A stretch of DNA of 64,000 bases from Myxococcota bacterium (GTDB taxonomy: Bacteria; Myxococcota; UBA4151), in assembly GCA_036338695.1 (NCBI GenBank), contig JAYZBQ010000048.1, positions 64,001 to 128,000 on the forward strand, given 5' to 3'. The translations under genes were made by a program, and so were the position numbers. Shown one piece after another: positions 63,838-64,000 of the stretch (positions within the stretch are counted from its first letter, which is position 1; each line of letters begins with the position of its first letter). The notes under the pieces were generated by a model, which saw nothing but the letters and a program-made list of their open reading frames with translations, had not been told where the DNA came from and did no database searches.

Positions 63838-64000
63838 AGATCACCACTTCACTCTCTGGCGGCGCCTCGGGCAGGTGAAAGCGGAAGCTGCTCACATAGT
63901 GCCCGGCCTCGTGACGAGCCGTCTGATTGGAGAACCCGTAGCTCCCCTCGTAGGGCTGTACTTGACCCGCGAGCACCTGCCCTTGACCGAAGGCGTCGTC
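63827..64000 (-). CDS. 3' end of a hypothetical protein starting outside the window
   Basis: Open frame DDAFGQGQVLAG...PESEVVIFAR* whose stop overlaps the start of the PEGA gene. Confidence 0.6.
   Translation of the reverse strand, partial: DDAFGQGQVLAGQVQPYEGSYGFSNQTARHEAGHYVSSFRFHLPEAPPESEVVIFAR

Noticed and set aside
63827..64000. HEAGH (HEXXH) motif in the partial terminal ORF
   Set aside because: Only 57 residues are visible and the motif is close to the C-terminus, which is insufficient to call a metalloprotease.

Overview
This is a GC-rich, very gene-dense bacterial window of about 47 CDS. It is most consistent with a Myxococcota or Bradymonadia-like deltaproteobacterium, inferred from MYXO-CTERM-like tails, myxobacterial Cys-rich repeats and RCC1/PEGA/FGE surface proteins. 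I found no rRNA, tRNA, CRISPR array or mobile element. Housekeeping genes (argJ, rseP, class I fumarase, metH, murI, ugd, purF, pyrD, def, transaldolase, PBP1A, aspartokinase, lnt, tolQ, HU) are interleaved with many secreted Cys-rich proteins. The strongest candidate for an undescribed system is a minus-strand operon at 41406-50450. It encodes a PqqD/RRE protein, a 2267-aa Ig-repeat/FG-GAP lipoprotein, an unannotated 39-aa peptide with a lasso-type YxxPxV leader motif (43162-43281, absent from the ORF track), an HPr-kinase-like P-loop protein and an S24/S26 peptidase-GNAT fusion. No lasso cyclase or radical SAM enzyme is present. Other points of interest are a nuclease/Ca-repeat/beta-barrel cluster, tandem matrixins with a stand-alone prodomain-like gene, a stripped family-A DNA polymerase, an HU lacking the intercalating proline, and a boxR-boxC-boxB locus without boxA. 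All product calls come from motif recognition by eye; no database searches were run.
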